A stretch of 63,876 nt of DNA, counting the filler, from an uncultured Rhodopirellula sp. (GTDB lineage Bacteria > Planctomycetota > Planctomycetia > Pirellulales > Pirellulaceae): the NCBI GenBank assembly GCA_964007735.1. It is 3 parts of 3 records of this genome, joined end to end, with 100 filler letters (N's around TTAATTAATTAA, not from the genome) between each part and the next. Parts side by side here need not be neighbours in the genome. Positions count along the whole stretch, not along the records: positions 29,338 to 57,932 come from CAXGAI010000053.1; 2 more parts are not named here. One strand, written 5' to 3'. A model generated the notes under the pieces. It saw only the letters and a program-made list of their open reading frames with translations, did no database searches and had not been told where the DNA came from. Shown here piece after piece: positions 29,338-39,499 of this stretch (within the stretch, counting starts at the first letter, position 1; the number at the start of each line of letters is the position of its first letter). A program made the position numbers and the translations under genes.

Positions 29338-30193
29338 GCATGTGTTTCGCAACAGGATCTTTCTCCGCTTTCACCTAACGCTCGAGGGACTTGATCCCAC
29401 TAGCGATCTTATTGAATCGATCCTTTTCCTGACCCCCAATGGGGATTTCACCCCCCGGCAATGGCATCTGCCAACTATCGCGGCCTGGCAGGTTGCCCCG
29501 GTGCCATTGGGCGCGAATGTGATGCAATTCCCCCAGCACTCCCCATTTGATGAGATTCACGGCATTGTCATAAAGTACGCTGTAATGACGTTGGTGACCT
29601 GTGGCCAGATAAAGGTTTTTCTCTTTGGCGATCCGCCCCATAAGCTTACATTCGGCTACCGTCTTGGCCATCAACTTCTCAGTCAGAACGTGTTTTCCGG
29701 CCAGCATCGCGTCGATCGCAACTTGGGCGTGCAAGTGCAGAGGAACGGCAATAATTACCGCTTCAATTTCCGGATCTGCAAGTAATTCCGCATAGCCATC
29801 TTTGTAAACGTTTACGTGCTGTCGCGCTTCAGCTTCCGTTTTCCAGTTATATTTCCGCATTAAACCTGGACGTGCGGCCATTGCGGCAGGGCTGGCGTAG
29901 TCGCCATGAAACGCTCTGTGAATGTTAAATTCCCGAAGGTCACTAATAGCCACTACCTGACAGTATGCAGGATTTAATGCTCCAATAAGCACACTTCCTT
30001 CGTCTCCTGTACCAATAACGCCGATTCGAACCGGGTCATCGACCGTGGAGTAACCAAAGTAGGCTGCTCCCAACCCACCTCCAGAGACCAAACCTCCGGC
30101 TGCCACAGACTTGAGAAAATCACGGCGTCGAACGCCAATAGCGTCAAAGTAATTACCGCGTCCTACTTCCTTTTCTTCGGGAGTCAGGTTCAT
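29338..30193 (-). CDS. Gfo/Idh/MocA oxidoreductase with twin-arginine motif; truncated (in-frame TAG at 29377-29375 near the contig end)
   Basis: RRRDFLK, RIGVIGTGDEG, KHVLTEKLMA and GHQRHY motifs. The frame continues VKAEKDPVAKHM after the TAG and the C-terminal domain is missing. Confidence 0.82.
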
Positions 30194-30215
30194 AGCATGC
30201 GTTCCTTATTTATTC

Positions 30216-31151
30216 TTATGCTGACTGCTCGGAATTTCCGCAGCAGCGTTTGCAATAGTGATTGATAATAGAGTCAACCGAAAGATACTTACCACCGCCT
30301 GCAAATGCAACGACAAGCAAAGCAAACATTTCAATCGATTGATAATAGACAGGTTGAGCACCAACGGCGCCCGGAAACTGTGTTAAACAAACGGTCAACA
30401 AGAATCCGGCCGTGGCAATTGCAGCAACAGGCGTACAGAAGCCAACCAGCAAAGCCAGACCACAAAGCAAGTCAAACCAGGGTATAAATTTGTCAATCTG
30501 TGAAGAGGAAATAGCCGGTCCGTTCAATTCACCCAACTCCAGCACTTCGCCAGCGCCAAAACTATTCAAATCTCTTTCCACTCCAGCCCAAACCATATCA
30601 ATCGAATTGAGATAGCCTGCCCGAGTGGAGTTGACTTCACCATCCAGCTTTGCGCCCTGGCCTTTAAGGCTTTCAACACCTGTCATCTCGTTACTTGACA
30701 GTTGCTCTTCGCGGCGTTCCATCTGACGGAAGAATTCAATTATTTCTTCATGATTAGCGACAAAAAAAGCGTCCAACTGGGCGGATCGCAGTTCGAGTAA
30801 ATCGGCCGCTTTTAACTTCGTACTATTGCTGTAACTGTGAAAAGATGCAACATCATCCAAATACGAGTTCCAGAATTCTTTAACTAAGCTAGTATCGTAA
30901 CCGGGGGCACTCCAGCCAGTATTCTGATCCGAGGGAACATAGCAGAGGCGGATTTTGCCATCGGAATCCCACAACATTCCCTGGAACGAATCTGCCAAAG
31001 GGCCCTTGGCAGATGCCAGAAACCATGAAGATGAAAAACCATCCTGCATTTTGGAAGAACCTTCCTTGTAGAAGTGCCAGCCTAAGGCAAGACGCAGGCA
31101 AACTAAGACGATAATCGCTATAGTCCCCAGCTGTTTGGATGAAGCACTCAG
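30216..31151 (-). CDS. DoxX family membrane protein, probable CTG start
   Basis: The in-frame upstream extension LVCLRLALGWHFYKEGSSK is the DoxX N-terminal helix motif; C-terminal LLCGLALLVGFCTPVA and GGGKYLSVD; GAGGAG lies 7 nt before CTG 31151. Confidence 0.8.
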   Translation of the reverse strand: MSASSKQLGTIAIIVLVCLRLALGWHFYKEGSSKMQDGFSSSWFLASAKGPLADSFQGMLWDSDGKIRLCYVPSDQNTGWSAPGYDTSLVKEFWNSYLDDVASFHSYSNSTKLKAADLLELRSAQLDAFFVANHEEIIEFFRQMERREEQLSSNEMTGVESLKGQGAKLDGEVNSTRAGYLNSIDMVWAGVERDLNSFGAGEVLELGELNGPAISSSQIDKFIPWFDLLCGLALLVGFCTPVAAIATAGFLLTVCLTQFPGAVGAQPVYYQSIEMFALLVVAFAGGGKYLSVDSIINHYCKRCCGNSEQSA

Positions 31152-31370
31152 TGGTCTGCTCCTCGTTGTATTTTTTTAAACCAATGCGGGTTATCCGCAT
31201 TGTGTCATCGCAAAAACTTTATACTCTTATTATTCTAGAAAAGAGGTGTTTAGCCAACCGGCTTAATTCGCATATCGGCCATTTCGATGCGCGATTTATA
31301 CAGTATTTCCGACTCCACTCAACAGAATGACAAATATGTCATTGCACTAACCCATCAAAAATCAGAACCC

Positions 31371-32348
31371 ATGAAAAAACGTGTCGTACTTTGCTTTCCA
31401 GTCACCAATGAACAAGTTGCCGAATTGGAGGCCTGCAGTGATGATATTGAGGTTGTGAACGCTGGGCAAACCGGAATAGCCGATGAAATCCTAAAAGCCG
31501 ATATCTTCGTAGGCCACGCTAAAGTGCCGGTTCCATGGAAGCAGGTCGTCCAGCAAGGACGCCTTAAGTGGATTCAGTCTTCAGCGGCGGGACTTGACCA
31601 TTGCCTCCAACCGGAAGTCATTGATTCTGATATTGTGGTCTCAAGTGTTTCCGGTTTATTTGCCAATCAGGTGGCTGAGCAAACGATGGCATTGCTGTTC
31701 GGTGTTTACCGAAGTGCCCCGACATTTTTTCGGGCCTATGAAAAGCGGGAATTCGTCCGACGACCAACAATGGATTTTCACGGCCAAACGGTAGGGATCA
31801 TTGGATTCGGCGGCAATGGACGACGTATTGCCGAGGTGCTGGCTCCCTGGGGTAACCGTATTCTTGCTACCGACAAGTATCCATGGGACAGACCTGACTA
31901 CGTTGAAAAGCTCACTGAAGCAGACAATCTTGATGAAATCCTGACTGAAATCGACTGTATGATCCTAGCTTTACCACTCAATGACGAAACATACGGACTG
32001 ATTGACAAGGACGTCTTCTCGAAGATGAAACCGGGGAGTGTCCTTATCAACGTAGCTCGGGGACCGGTCGTCAAAGAGGCCGATCTAATCGAGGCATTAA
32101 GCTCAGGGCATCTTGCCGGGGCAGGTCTGGATGTCGTCGAAGTTGAACCTCTGCATCCGACAAGTCCACTTTGGACGATGGATAATGTCGTTATCAGTCC
32201 TCATGTTGGAGCTCAATCTAAATTTCGTGTACGAGATACCATTCGCTTCGTCGCCGAAAATATCCAGCGATATCTCCGTGGAGAAGAACCGATCAATGTG
32301 GTTGACAAACATCTGGGCTATCCTGCAAGGAAAAAACCCAGTGTCTAA
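31371..32348 (+). CDS. D-2-hydroxyacid dehydrogenase (SerA/GhrA-like)
   Basis: SAAGLD, GIIGFGGNG, INVARG, LDVVEVEPL and SPHVG motifs. The ORF track starts at 31287. Confidence 0.92.
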   Translation: MKKRVVLCFPVTNEQVAELEACSDDIEVVNAGQTGIADEILKADIFVGHAKVPVPWKQVVQQGRLKWIQSSAAGLDHCLQPEVIDSDIVVSSVSGLFANQVAEQTMALLFGVYRSAPTFFRAYEKREFVRRPTMDFHGQTVGIIGFGGNGRRIAEVLAPWGNRILATDKYPWDRPDYVEKLTEADNLDEILTEIDCMILALPLNDETYGLIDKDVFSKMKPGSVLINVARGPVVKEADLIEALSSGHLAGAGLDVVEVEPLHPTSPLWTMDNVVISPHVGAQSKFRVRDTIRFVAENIQRYLRGEEPINVVDKHLGYPARKKPSV

Positions 32349-32471
32349 CCTGATTAATATTCAATGAATAGGCTTGCCGTAATTGTTAAAAACCGTAACT
32401 ATTACTCTTGATGGGTCTGGCTATTCCGGCAAGTTCCCGGTCTGACATCATTTAGCGGTCTAAGCAATTCA

Positions 32472-33653
32472 ATGAGCGAACCTCAAATCGACGAAGCGGA
32501 AGCAATCGAACGGTTAACCGTGACCATTACAGAAGCTCCCGACGAACAAACACTAACTTTTTCGCTCGGCCCACAAGCCTCACTGCAATCTGACAACGAA
32601 CTTGTCGAACAGTATCACAATTTTCTGGGTGACCAACGGCTCAGCTGGACAACGCACCACCGGCTAACACGTCTGTTGGGTGCCGGTGGACAGGGGAAAG
32701 TATATCTTTCGGAGCGTCGCGGAGCAGACGACTTCACTGTGCCGATTGCCGTGAAAGTGTTTTCACCGGAACAATTTGCCAATGAATCCGGGTACGTAGA
32801 GACGATGAAACGTCACGCCAGTGTGGCAATGCAAATCGCTCAGATCCAACATGACAACCTACTGGATGTACATAACTTCGTTGACCGCAACCGCATTCGC
32901 ATGCTGGTCATGGAGTGGATTGATGGACTTGATTTGCGAATGCTACTGAGTAAAGAACGCATGTTGCGGTTGCAAAATCAGGTCTCTGAGAAACGATGGA
33001 ACCGTATCAACGATCACATCTTAACCACCACGAAAAATCAGCCGCGTTTCCGTTCCGGAGCTGCCGTTGCAATCATACGCGAATGCCTCAGTGCTCTCGA
33101 AGCTTTACATCGTCATGGTATTGTCCACGGGGACATAAAACCAGGGAATATCATGATCAAGCGAAGTGGGGCTTCGAAAATCATCGATATCGGCTCAGCT
33201 TTTTCGATCGATTCACCTCCTCCGCACCGCACCTGCACTCCAGCCTATGCAGCCCCGGAAGTACTGAAAGGCGAGATTGCTTGCCCACTAAGCGACCAAG
33301 CTAGTCTCGGCTACGTATTAATCGAGCTCATTTCAGGAAAAAATCCTTTTGCCGGAAAACGAACCTATGATGAAATGGTAAAGGCGAAGCATGAGTTACC
33401 GGATCAATTGGAAGAGATACTTCCTCCTAAACTCGGGAACAAAGAGTTTCTGATCAACTTTTGTCGCAAATTAATTGCAGTGGATCCTGCCGATCGATTT
33501 CCCAATGCCGCAGAAGCTCATATTAACCAACAGGGCGCGGCTGACTACCATCGCCAACTCATCATGAATGCTGGTAACGAGAACATTGAGTTCGAGCACG
33601 AAATCGGGCTCTGGCTTGAAGAAGTAATCCAGGGTGATGAACAAGCGTTGTAA
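32472..33653 (+). CDS. Hanks-type Ser/Thr protein kinase (cytoplasmic, non-RD)
   Basis: LGAGGQGKVY, AVKVF, HGDIKPGN, DIGS and YAAPE motifs. Confidence 0.9.
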   Translation: MSEPQIDEAEAIERLTVTITEAPDEQTLTFSLGPQASLQSDNELVEQYHNFLGDQRLSWTTHHRLTRLLGAGGQGKVYLSERRGADDFTVPIAVKVFSPEQFANESGYVETMKRHASVAMQIAQIQHDNLLDVHNFVDRNRIRMLVMEWIDGLDLRMLLSKERMLRLQNQVSEKRWNRINDHILTTTKNQPRFRSGAAVAIIRECLSALEALHRHGIVHGDIKPGNIMIKRSGASKIIDIGSAFSIDSPPPHRTCTPAYAAPEVLKGEIACPLSDQASLGYVLIELISGKNPFAGKRTYDEMVKAKHELPDQLEEILPPKLGNKEFLINFCRKLIAVDPADRFPNAAEAHINQQGAADYHRQLIMNAGNENIEFEHEIGLWLEEVIQGDEQAL

Positions 33654-33678
33654 GCCCTTGTACCCCTGGGTTCTCATG

Positions 33679-34380
33679 CTATTCGCAATCATGCCGTGGG
33701 TACATTGCTGCCAGCTCTCTGGGTGAGATCCCCTTCTTCAATTTTCGCAACAACCCCCAGTTTCGAAGGGTCTGACGAACAACACCGTTTTGCTGCCATC
33801 TTCTGGCACCAATTTCAATCTTTGCAGAAAGTAATTTGGGAACCATACCGGATTGCTTCATTTTCATCGCCAATAACACATCTTCCATAAATGGCACTGC
33901 TTCAAACCCACCCAGATGAAAATAAAGACTCGTCGATAAACAAATCCCCTGATCACCGTAGGGGCGTTTTAACCATTTCACACGTAATCCGTTTCCATAC
34001 TCCAACAAACGGTATTTCCAACCCGCAAGTTGAATTGTCTGCCGGAAGCAGGCATAAACATCCGACTCTGCATTTGCGAAATTACATAAGTCTGTTAACG
34101 ACTCAGCGGACAAGCGGCAATCGGCATGTAGAAAACAGAGGAGGGGAGTTGTGGCGATTTCAGCACCGGCATGTTGCTGGATTCCTCTCCCGGGTTGAGA
34201 AGTAATAACCGTCGCTCCAGCCTGCAATGCTATCTCTGGACTACCGTCTTGACTGCCACCATCGGCAACCACAACGTGTATTGCACCAGCATTACAAGCA
34301 GACTCGATACAAGCTTTGAGATTTCCAGCCTCATTAACAACTGGAATCACGACCGTCACATCACTCGGTGATAAACACAT
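33679..34380 (-). CDS. GT2 glycosyltransferase, TIGR04283-like (rSAM/selenodomain-associated transferase 2)
   Basis: VIPVVNE, ADGGSQDG, FLHAD, PYGDQG, FMEDV and ARRW motifs. Confidence 0.85.
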   Translation of the reverse strand: MCLSPSDVTVVIPVVNEAGNLKACIESACNAGAIHVVVADGGSQDGSPEIALQAGATVITSQPGRGIQQHAGAEIATTPLLCFLHADCRLSAESLTDLCNFANAESDVYACFRQTIQLAGWKYRLLEYGNGLRVKWLKRPYGDQGICLSTSLYFHLGGFEAVPFMEDVLLAMKMKQSGMVPKLLSAKIEIGARRWQQNGVVRQTLRNWGLLRKLKKGISPRELAAMYPRHDCE

Positions 34381-34391
34381 AGCACAAAGGG

Positions 34392-36398
34392 TTAGGCGCC
34401 CGGACGCTGAATATCATACCGTTTTAACTTACGATCAAGTGTTGATCGTTCGATGCCAAGAACGCTGGCAGTGCGACTCTTATTCCAGTCATGGTAAGCA
34501 AGTGTTTTTGAAATATGCAGACGCTCCATGTCTTCCAAGCTCATCGGCTTAAAGGTATCGTGATTCACCGGTATTTCCGAGGTATCCGGGGTTGCCAAAT
34601 TCGACATCGATAAATCCGACGCTTCGATTTGGTTCGTACGACACAGGACAACAGCGCGCTCCACCATATTCTTCAACTCTCGAACGTTTCCTGGCCAACG
34701 ATACTTTTGAAGCTGAGTAATCGCTTCGTTGCTAAACCCCGTAATCTTTCTACCTGTCTCTTCCCGAAAGCGGTCGAGAAAAAAGTAGGCCAGCAATTCT
34801 ATGTCTTCCGAACGCTTTCGCAGAGGTGGTACAAGGATCTCCACGACGTTCAATCGAAAATACAAATCGCGTCTGAATCGACCTTCTGCAACGGCTACCT
34901 CTAGGTCACGATTGGTCGCCGCAATCACACGCACATCGACCTCTAACGGCTGATTACCTCCCACACGTTCAAACGGATGACCTTCCAAAACCCGCAGAAA
35001 TTTAGCCTGAACTCCGGGGCTCATCTCTCCGATTTCATCAAGCATAATCGTCCCGTGATCAGCAGCTTCAAACTTCCCTACTTTGCGATCTGTTGCTCCG
35101 GTAAACGCACCTTTTTCATGGCCAAACAATTCACTTTCCAGAAGTGATTCGGACAAAGCTGCACAATTCATACATACAAACGGACCATTGCTGCGAGGAC
35201 TGGAATAATGCACGGCGCGCGCTATCAACTCTTTGCCAACACCACTTTCCCCCCGAATCAGAACCGTCGCGCGGCTCGGCGCCGCCTGAACAATGTCCTG
35301 CTTGACTTTTTCCAAGGCAGGATTACCACCTACAATTTCACTTTCAGCCTCTAACTGACTACGTAATTGTTGAATTTCGCTACGGGATAACGACAGATCT
35401 TCCGCCAGTTCACGTTCACGACTGAGATTTCGTAATGCCAGCCCGATAATGTCCGACAACGCTAATGCAAATTCAAGATCGTGGGGAGAAAGTGGACGGT
35501 CACCACCGGTCGAGTAAGCATGAAGCAACCCGAGAATTCGATTGTCATAACGAATCGGAGCACAAACAATACTTGTCGAGGCGATCTCGCCCTGACTGTC
35601 ACGACTGGCGATCTTACTATCATCGGCAATATCTGCAGCCAGAACGGCTTCGCCATCGGTAAGAACCGTGGAAGCCAAATAGCTCGTCACACGATGGTAC
35701 TTTGTTACATTTTTCAAAACACCCGAATCAACAACCTTTAAGTCAACACCGGTAACCTTCCCTTCAATGTCATACGGAGCTAACAGCACTGCGGCTGCAT
35801 GCGCCTGCGTACTATTGAAGATTCCTTCGAGGGCTATCTTGGAGATTTCCTGTTCATTACTACAGCCAGCAATATCGAACGCCAGACTACATAAATGAGC
35901 CACCGATTCTCCCATCTTGGAGTCCGGCTTATTCTCACCTTGAGATTTAAGAAGATTCGTTTGGCCTTGTCGATGAGTAATCGTGGCAACACTAATCGAA
36001 TCAAGGACATTCGAATCGTCCAAAAAGTCATTAGTTTGACTTCCCAGATGTTCACGTAATACTCCAGTATCCGCTTCATAATTTTCCGGAAACGCTGAAG
36101 ATAGCTCCTGGACAAAGGAAAGCTGGCAATTGGCAATCCGGATAGTGTCATTGATGACTAAATGATAATCGCCACTGATCGGTTGGCCATTTACTAATGT
36201 TCCATTGCGGCTCTCGAGGTCACGCAAAGTCCATTGTTCCGCACTAAAGAAAATCTCGGCATGGAAACGGCTCGCGCGATCATCCGTTATGGTGACTTTA
36301 TTCGTAGATGCCCGACCAATCGTTGCCGTTCTACCCGCTTCCAGCCGGATAACGTCTACCCACTTTGTACCTTCACGTATCACCAAATAAGCAAGCAT
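34392..36398 (-). CDS. Sigma54-dependent enhancer-binding protein with FHA and GAF domains and a Fis-type HTH
   Basis: FHA (TIGR...ASRFHA...DLESRNGT), GAF (SIVCAPI), [28 protein letters not shown] and C-terminal HTH. The ORF track starts at 36440. Confidence 0.95.
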   Translation of the reverse strand: MLAYLVIREGTKWVDVIRLEAGRTATIGRASTNKVTITDDRASRFHAEIFFSAEQWTLRDLESRNGTLVNGQPISGDYHLVINDTIRIANCQLSFVQELSSAFPENYEADTGVLREHLGSQTNDFLDDSNVLDSISVATITHRQGQTNLLKSQGENKPDSKMGESVAHLCSLAFDIAGCSNEQEISKIALEGIFNSTQAHAAAVLLAPYDIEGKVTGVDLKVVDSGVLKNVTKYHRVTSYLASTVLTDGEAVLAADIADDSKIASRDSQGEIASTSIVCAPIRYDNRILGLLHAYSTGGDRPLSPHDLEFALALSDIIGLALRNLSRERELAEDLSLSRSEIQQLRSQLEAESEIVGGNPALEKVKQDIVQAAPSRATVLIRGESGVGKELIARAVHYSSPRSNGPFVCMNCAALSESLLESELFGHEKGAFTGATDRKVGKFEAADHGTIMLDEIGEMSPGVQAKFLRVLEGHPFERVGGNQPLEVDVRVIAATNRDLEVAVAEGRFRRDLYFRLNVVEILVPPLRKRSEDIELLAYFFLDRFREETGRKITGFSNEAITQLQKYRWPGNVRELKNMVERAVVLCRTNQIEASDLSMSNLATPDTSEIPVNHDTFKPMSLEDMERLHISKTLAYHDWNKSRTASVLGIERSTLDRKLKRYDIQRPGA

Positions 36399-36866
36399 AT
36401 AATCCCTACAATCCGCCCCATCCGGAAGAGCCAGAGCCAATCTTCAAAGTTTTTAGCCAATTACAATCCAGTCTCATAGTGTATCAAAAATGAACACCTG
36501 TCTACATCTCAGACTGCATTTTCCTAATACAACTGTTAGAATCCGCAGTATTATGCATCAACCAGGTAAATGAACTGCTGTTGAGCACCGAATTGTGTTT
36601 GCCTTCGGGCAATCTCTGCCAATAATAGAAACAAAGGTTGTTAAAAAGATTCGATTAGGTCGAGTTTGATTGCAAAAACCTACATTCGCTTTTATTTTGA
36701 AGGCGAAGATAAACCCTTTGGTCAGCCCCTCCAAAACGCCGAAGGTTAAAGCGATAGACCGTTGTTTGTGATTGCATTAACAGGCGGGATCATCGCAGGT
36801 CATCAAATTTATTAGTGCCTCAATCAGAATTTGATGAGGGGCAAAACGAACAGAAAAACAAACGTG

Positions 36867-36901
36867 CTAGACTAGTACAAATACCTAGACTAGTACAAAT
36901 A
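36867..36901 (+). repeat. 17-bp tandem direct repeat in the DUF1598 leader
   Basis: CTAGACTAGTACAAATA at 36867-36883 and 36885-36901. Confidence 0.9.
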
Positions 36902-36946
36902 TGTAGTTCACTGAGCTACAAAGGAATTGACTAAGGAGCTCCAATT

Positions 36947-38314
36947 ATGATGAGTCATCGTGCAACAAAACGCATCGCGGGTATCTTTGCCCTGATGGCC
37001 CTCGCTTTTACTTTCCAACTTGTCAACGCCGGTAACAACGGTTTCTTCCGTAACAATAGTGTCGGTGGTATTTCCATCAATTCGGATGGTGTTGTCAGTA
37101 ATGTGGATCTTGAAAGTCGCAAGTTACTCCTAAAGGAAATGCGTCAAAACCTCAAGCCAGCTGAAGGTAAGATGGCTGCCAAAACCGAATTACGTATGGT
37201 TTCCCTACGCGGACTGGAAGCAGCTATTGCAGATGCCGTACAAAACGGGCAGGGCGCTTTACCTGATGAAGTGAGATTTCTTGCCGGTCTCCAACGAATT
37301 CAATACGTCTTTGTCTACCCTGAACAACGGGACATTGTCCTGGCCGGCCCAGGTGAAGGTTGGAAGATTGACGATAAAGCGAATGTTGTTGGTATGACAA
37401 CGGGCCAGCCGGTGTTATTACTGGACAATCTCTTAAGCGCAATGCGAGCAGTCAATGCTCCGCAACCCGAACGAATCAGCTGCTCAATCGACCCCACGAA
37501 ACAAGGTCTGGTTAATTACAAAAACACGCTGAACCAACTCAGTCGGGCTGGTGTTCGCAATCCAAACATTCTCGCACCACAGCTTAAACGAGCTATGGGT
37601 AATCAGACCGTCTCTATCAACGGCGTTTCCGGAGACACTCACTTTGCTCGTATCCTCGTTGCTGCTGACATCCGCATGAAACAAATCGCGATGGAACTGG
37701 ACGACTCAAAAGTTCTTCCCGGATTTATTACCAGCGCTCGCAACTCGGTTAGCGTGACAAACACCAATATTAACCCACGTTGGTGGTTAGCCTGTAACTA
37801 CGAAAGTGTTGCTCGCGGTGCCGACGGGCTTGCTTGGGAGATTCGGGGACAAGGCGTTAAGGCCATGACTGAGTCTGAACTGTACCAGCAAGACGGCCAG
37901 GTTCAAGCTGCAGGTAAAGATCCCGCTGCTGAGAAGTGGGCTAAAATGATGACTGAGCGTTACAATGCTCTCGGAAAAGAAGAGCCTGTGTTTACAGAGC
38001 TTCGAAATGTCATGGACATGTGCGTTGCTGCTGCCGTTATTCGCAATCACAATCTACTGCCGGCGGCCGAACTCAAATTACCTCACCTGCTGGGACAGCA
38101 GGTCACCATTCCTACCGAAGCATGGCACACTCCTCGTGAAGTTAGTACCCAGACTAGTTTTATCAAAACATCGAGAGGCTTAGTCGTGACCGCCTCCGGC
38201 GGTGTCGATATCGACTATCTGTCACCGACTCAGAATCCAACCTTGAGCCCTGAGGTTCGCAAGGTTTGGGAAAAGGCCGAAACAATGTACTCCGCCGGTC
38301 AATGGTGGAACTAA
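36947..38314 (+). CDS. DUF1598 domain exported protein
   Basis: AAGGAG RBS; signal peptide; VGGISINSDG, LRMVSLRGLE, LAGLQRIQYVFVYPE, CSIDP and VAADIRMK motifs. Confidence 0.82.
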   Translation: MMSHRATKRIAGIFALMALAFTFQLVNAGNNGFFRNNSVGGISINSDGVVSNVDLESRKLLLKEMRQNLKPAEGKMAAKTELRMVSLRGLEAAIADAVQNGQGALPDEVRFLAGLQRIQYVFVYPEQRDIVLAGPGEGWKIDDKANVVGMTTGQPVLLLDNLLSAMRAVNAPQPERISCSIDPTKQGLVNYKNTLNQLSRAGVRNPNILAPQLKRAMGNQTVSINGVSGDTHFARILVAADIRMKQIAMELDDSKVLPGFITSARNSVSVTNTNINPRWWLACNYESVARGADGLAWEIRGQGVKAMTESELYQQDGQVQAAGKDPAAEKWAKMMTERYNALGKEEPVFTELRNVMDMCVAAAVIRNHNLLPAAELKLPHLLGQQVTIPTEAWHTPREVSTQTSFIKTSRGLVVTASGGVDIDYLSPTQNPTLSPEVRKVWEKAETMYSAGQWWN

Positions 38315-38374
38315 GACAAGGTAAAAGCCGGCCTTCGTCATTCAAATGGGGTTGTATTTCCCCAGAACAAATCT

Positions 38375-38408
38375 AAAGCTTCCTTGGTATCACAAGGGAG
38401 CTTTTTTT
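38375..38408 (+). terminator. Intrinsic terminator
   Basis: AAAGCTTCCTTG-GTATCA-CAAGGGAGC followed by T7. Confidence 0.8.
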
Positions 38409-38450
38409 GTAGACTTATACTATCTCCTCATATTTTCTTAGGTAAACACG

Positions 38451-39494
38451 ATGGCTGACACCGGGGTAATTCTTGGATTTGACATTGGCGGAGCCAATAT
38501 TAAGGTCGCCACCAGCGATGGAAACTACGCCCATTCGCTCCCATTTCCTATGTGGTCTTTACACAATCAACTCGCAACAGCAATCTCCTCGCTCATCGCG
38601 GAATATCAAAAGGCTCACGGAGTTCCCAGGGCCATGGCCGTAACGATGACTGGTGAATTAGCAGACGGATTCAAATCCAAATGCGATGGGGTCACCAGCA
38701 TTTGCAATGCTGTCATCGAAGGGGCGGCCGATACTGATACGGTCTTATTTTATGAAACCGGAGGAAAGTGGTGCAGGGCAGATGAGGCTGCTAATCGGTG
38801 GGATAAACTGGCTGCATCCAACTGGTATGCGATGGCAGATCATTGCCGGCGATTGTTACCGAATGGAATTCATATCCTGATTGATATTGGTACGACCACA
38901 ACTGACATCATCCCCCTAGCTGATGGAGAAATATTGGCTAACGGCGTCGATGACACCACCCGCCTCCAACGAGGCGAGCTTGTCTATTGCGGTATTGAAC
39001 GAGCTTCTTTAAGCAGCATCGTCTCAAGCCTGCTCATCGACGGAACGACCACTCCCATTGCACGAGAGCGTTTCGCGACAACCCTCGACACCTTTCTTAT
39101 AACCGGAGAACTACCGGAACAACCCGAATACATCGAAACCGCCGATTCCGAGCCGGCTACCAGGCGGGCAGCTCACCGACGTATGGCTCGGCTTATATGC
39201 CAATGCCCGGAATCACTCTCTGCAAAACAGGCAGAACAAATAGCACAGCAAACACGAGATGCTATCGTCCAACTGCTTTCGTCTGCCTATCAACAAGTCA
39301 CTTCACAGATTGGTTCGCCTATAAATTCAATCATCGCCGTCGGACAGGGGGACTTTCTTATCGCGGATTTCACCGATGACTTGCCGGTCCAACACCTTCG
39401 GGACCTACATCCTGACAGCAGTCAGAACCTCGCACGCATCGGCCCGGCATTCGCTGTCGCAGTCCTACTCGAACAACATCTGAATCAAGCATAG
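38451..39494 (+). CDS. mfnF: MfnF/Orf9-like protein of methanofuran/methylofuran biosynthesis (hydantoinase A-like fold)
   Basis: GFDIGGANIK, AVTMTGELADGF, AASNW, DIGTTTTDIIP, RLQRGELVY and ERFATTLD motifs. Confidence 0.82.
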   Translation: MADTGVILGFDIGGANIKVATSDGNYAHSLPFPMWSLHNQLATAISSLIAEYQKAHGVPRAMAVTMTGELADGFKSKCDGVTSICNAVIEGAADTDTVLFYETGGKWCRADEAANRWDKLAASNWYAMADHCRRLLPNGIHILIDIGTTTTDIIPLADGEILANGVDDTTRLQRGELVYCGIERASLSSIVSSLLIDGTTTPIARERFATTLDTFLITGELPEQPEYIETADSEPATRRAAHRRMARLICQCPESLSAKQAEQIAQQTRDAIVQLLSSAYQQVTSQIGSPINSIIAVGQGDFLIADFTDDLPVQHLRDLHPDSSQNLARIGPAFAVAVLLEQHLNQA

Positions 39495-39499
39495 TTCGC

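Noticed and set aside
29375..29377. In-frame TAG as pyrrolysine or stop-codon recoding
   Set aside because: TAG ends many other genes normally in this window, no pyl genes are present, and the site is at a contig edge.
30889..31200. 103-aa ORF as a frameshifted N-terminus of DoxX
   Set aside because: The DoxX motif is already in frame with the main ORF; a CTG start with a good RBS explains it without a frameshift.
36867..36901. Tandem 17-bp repeat as a CRISPR remnant
   Set aside because: Only two copies, a 1-nt spacer, too short, and no cas genes in the window.
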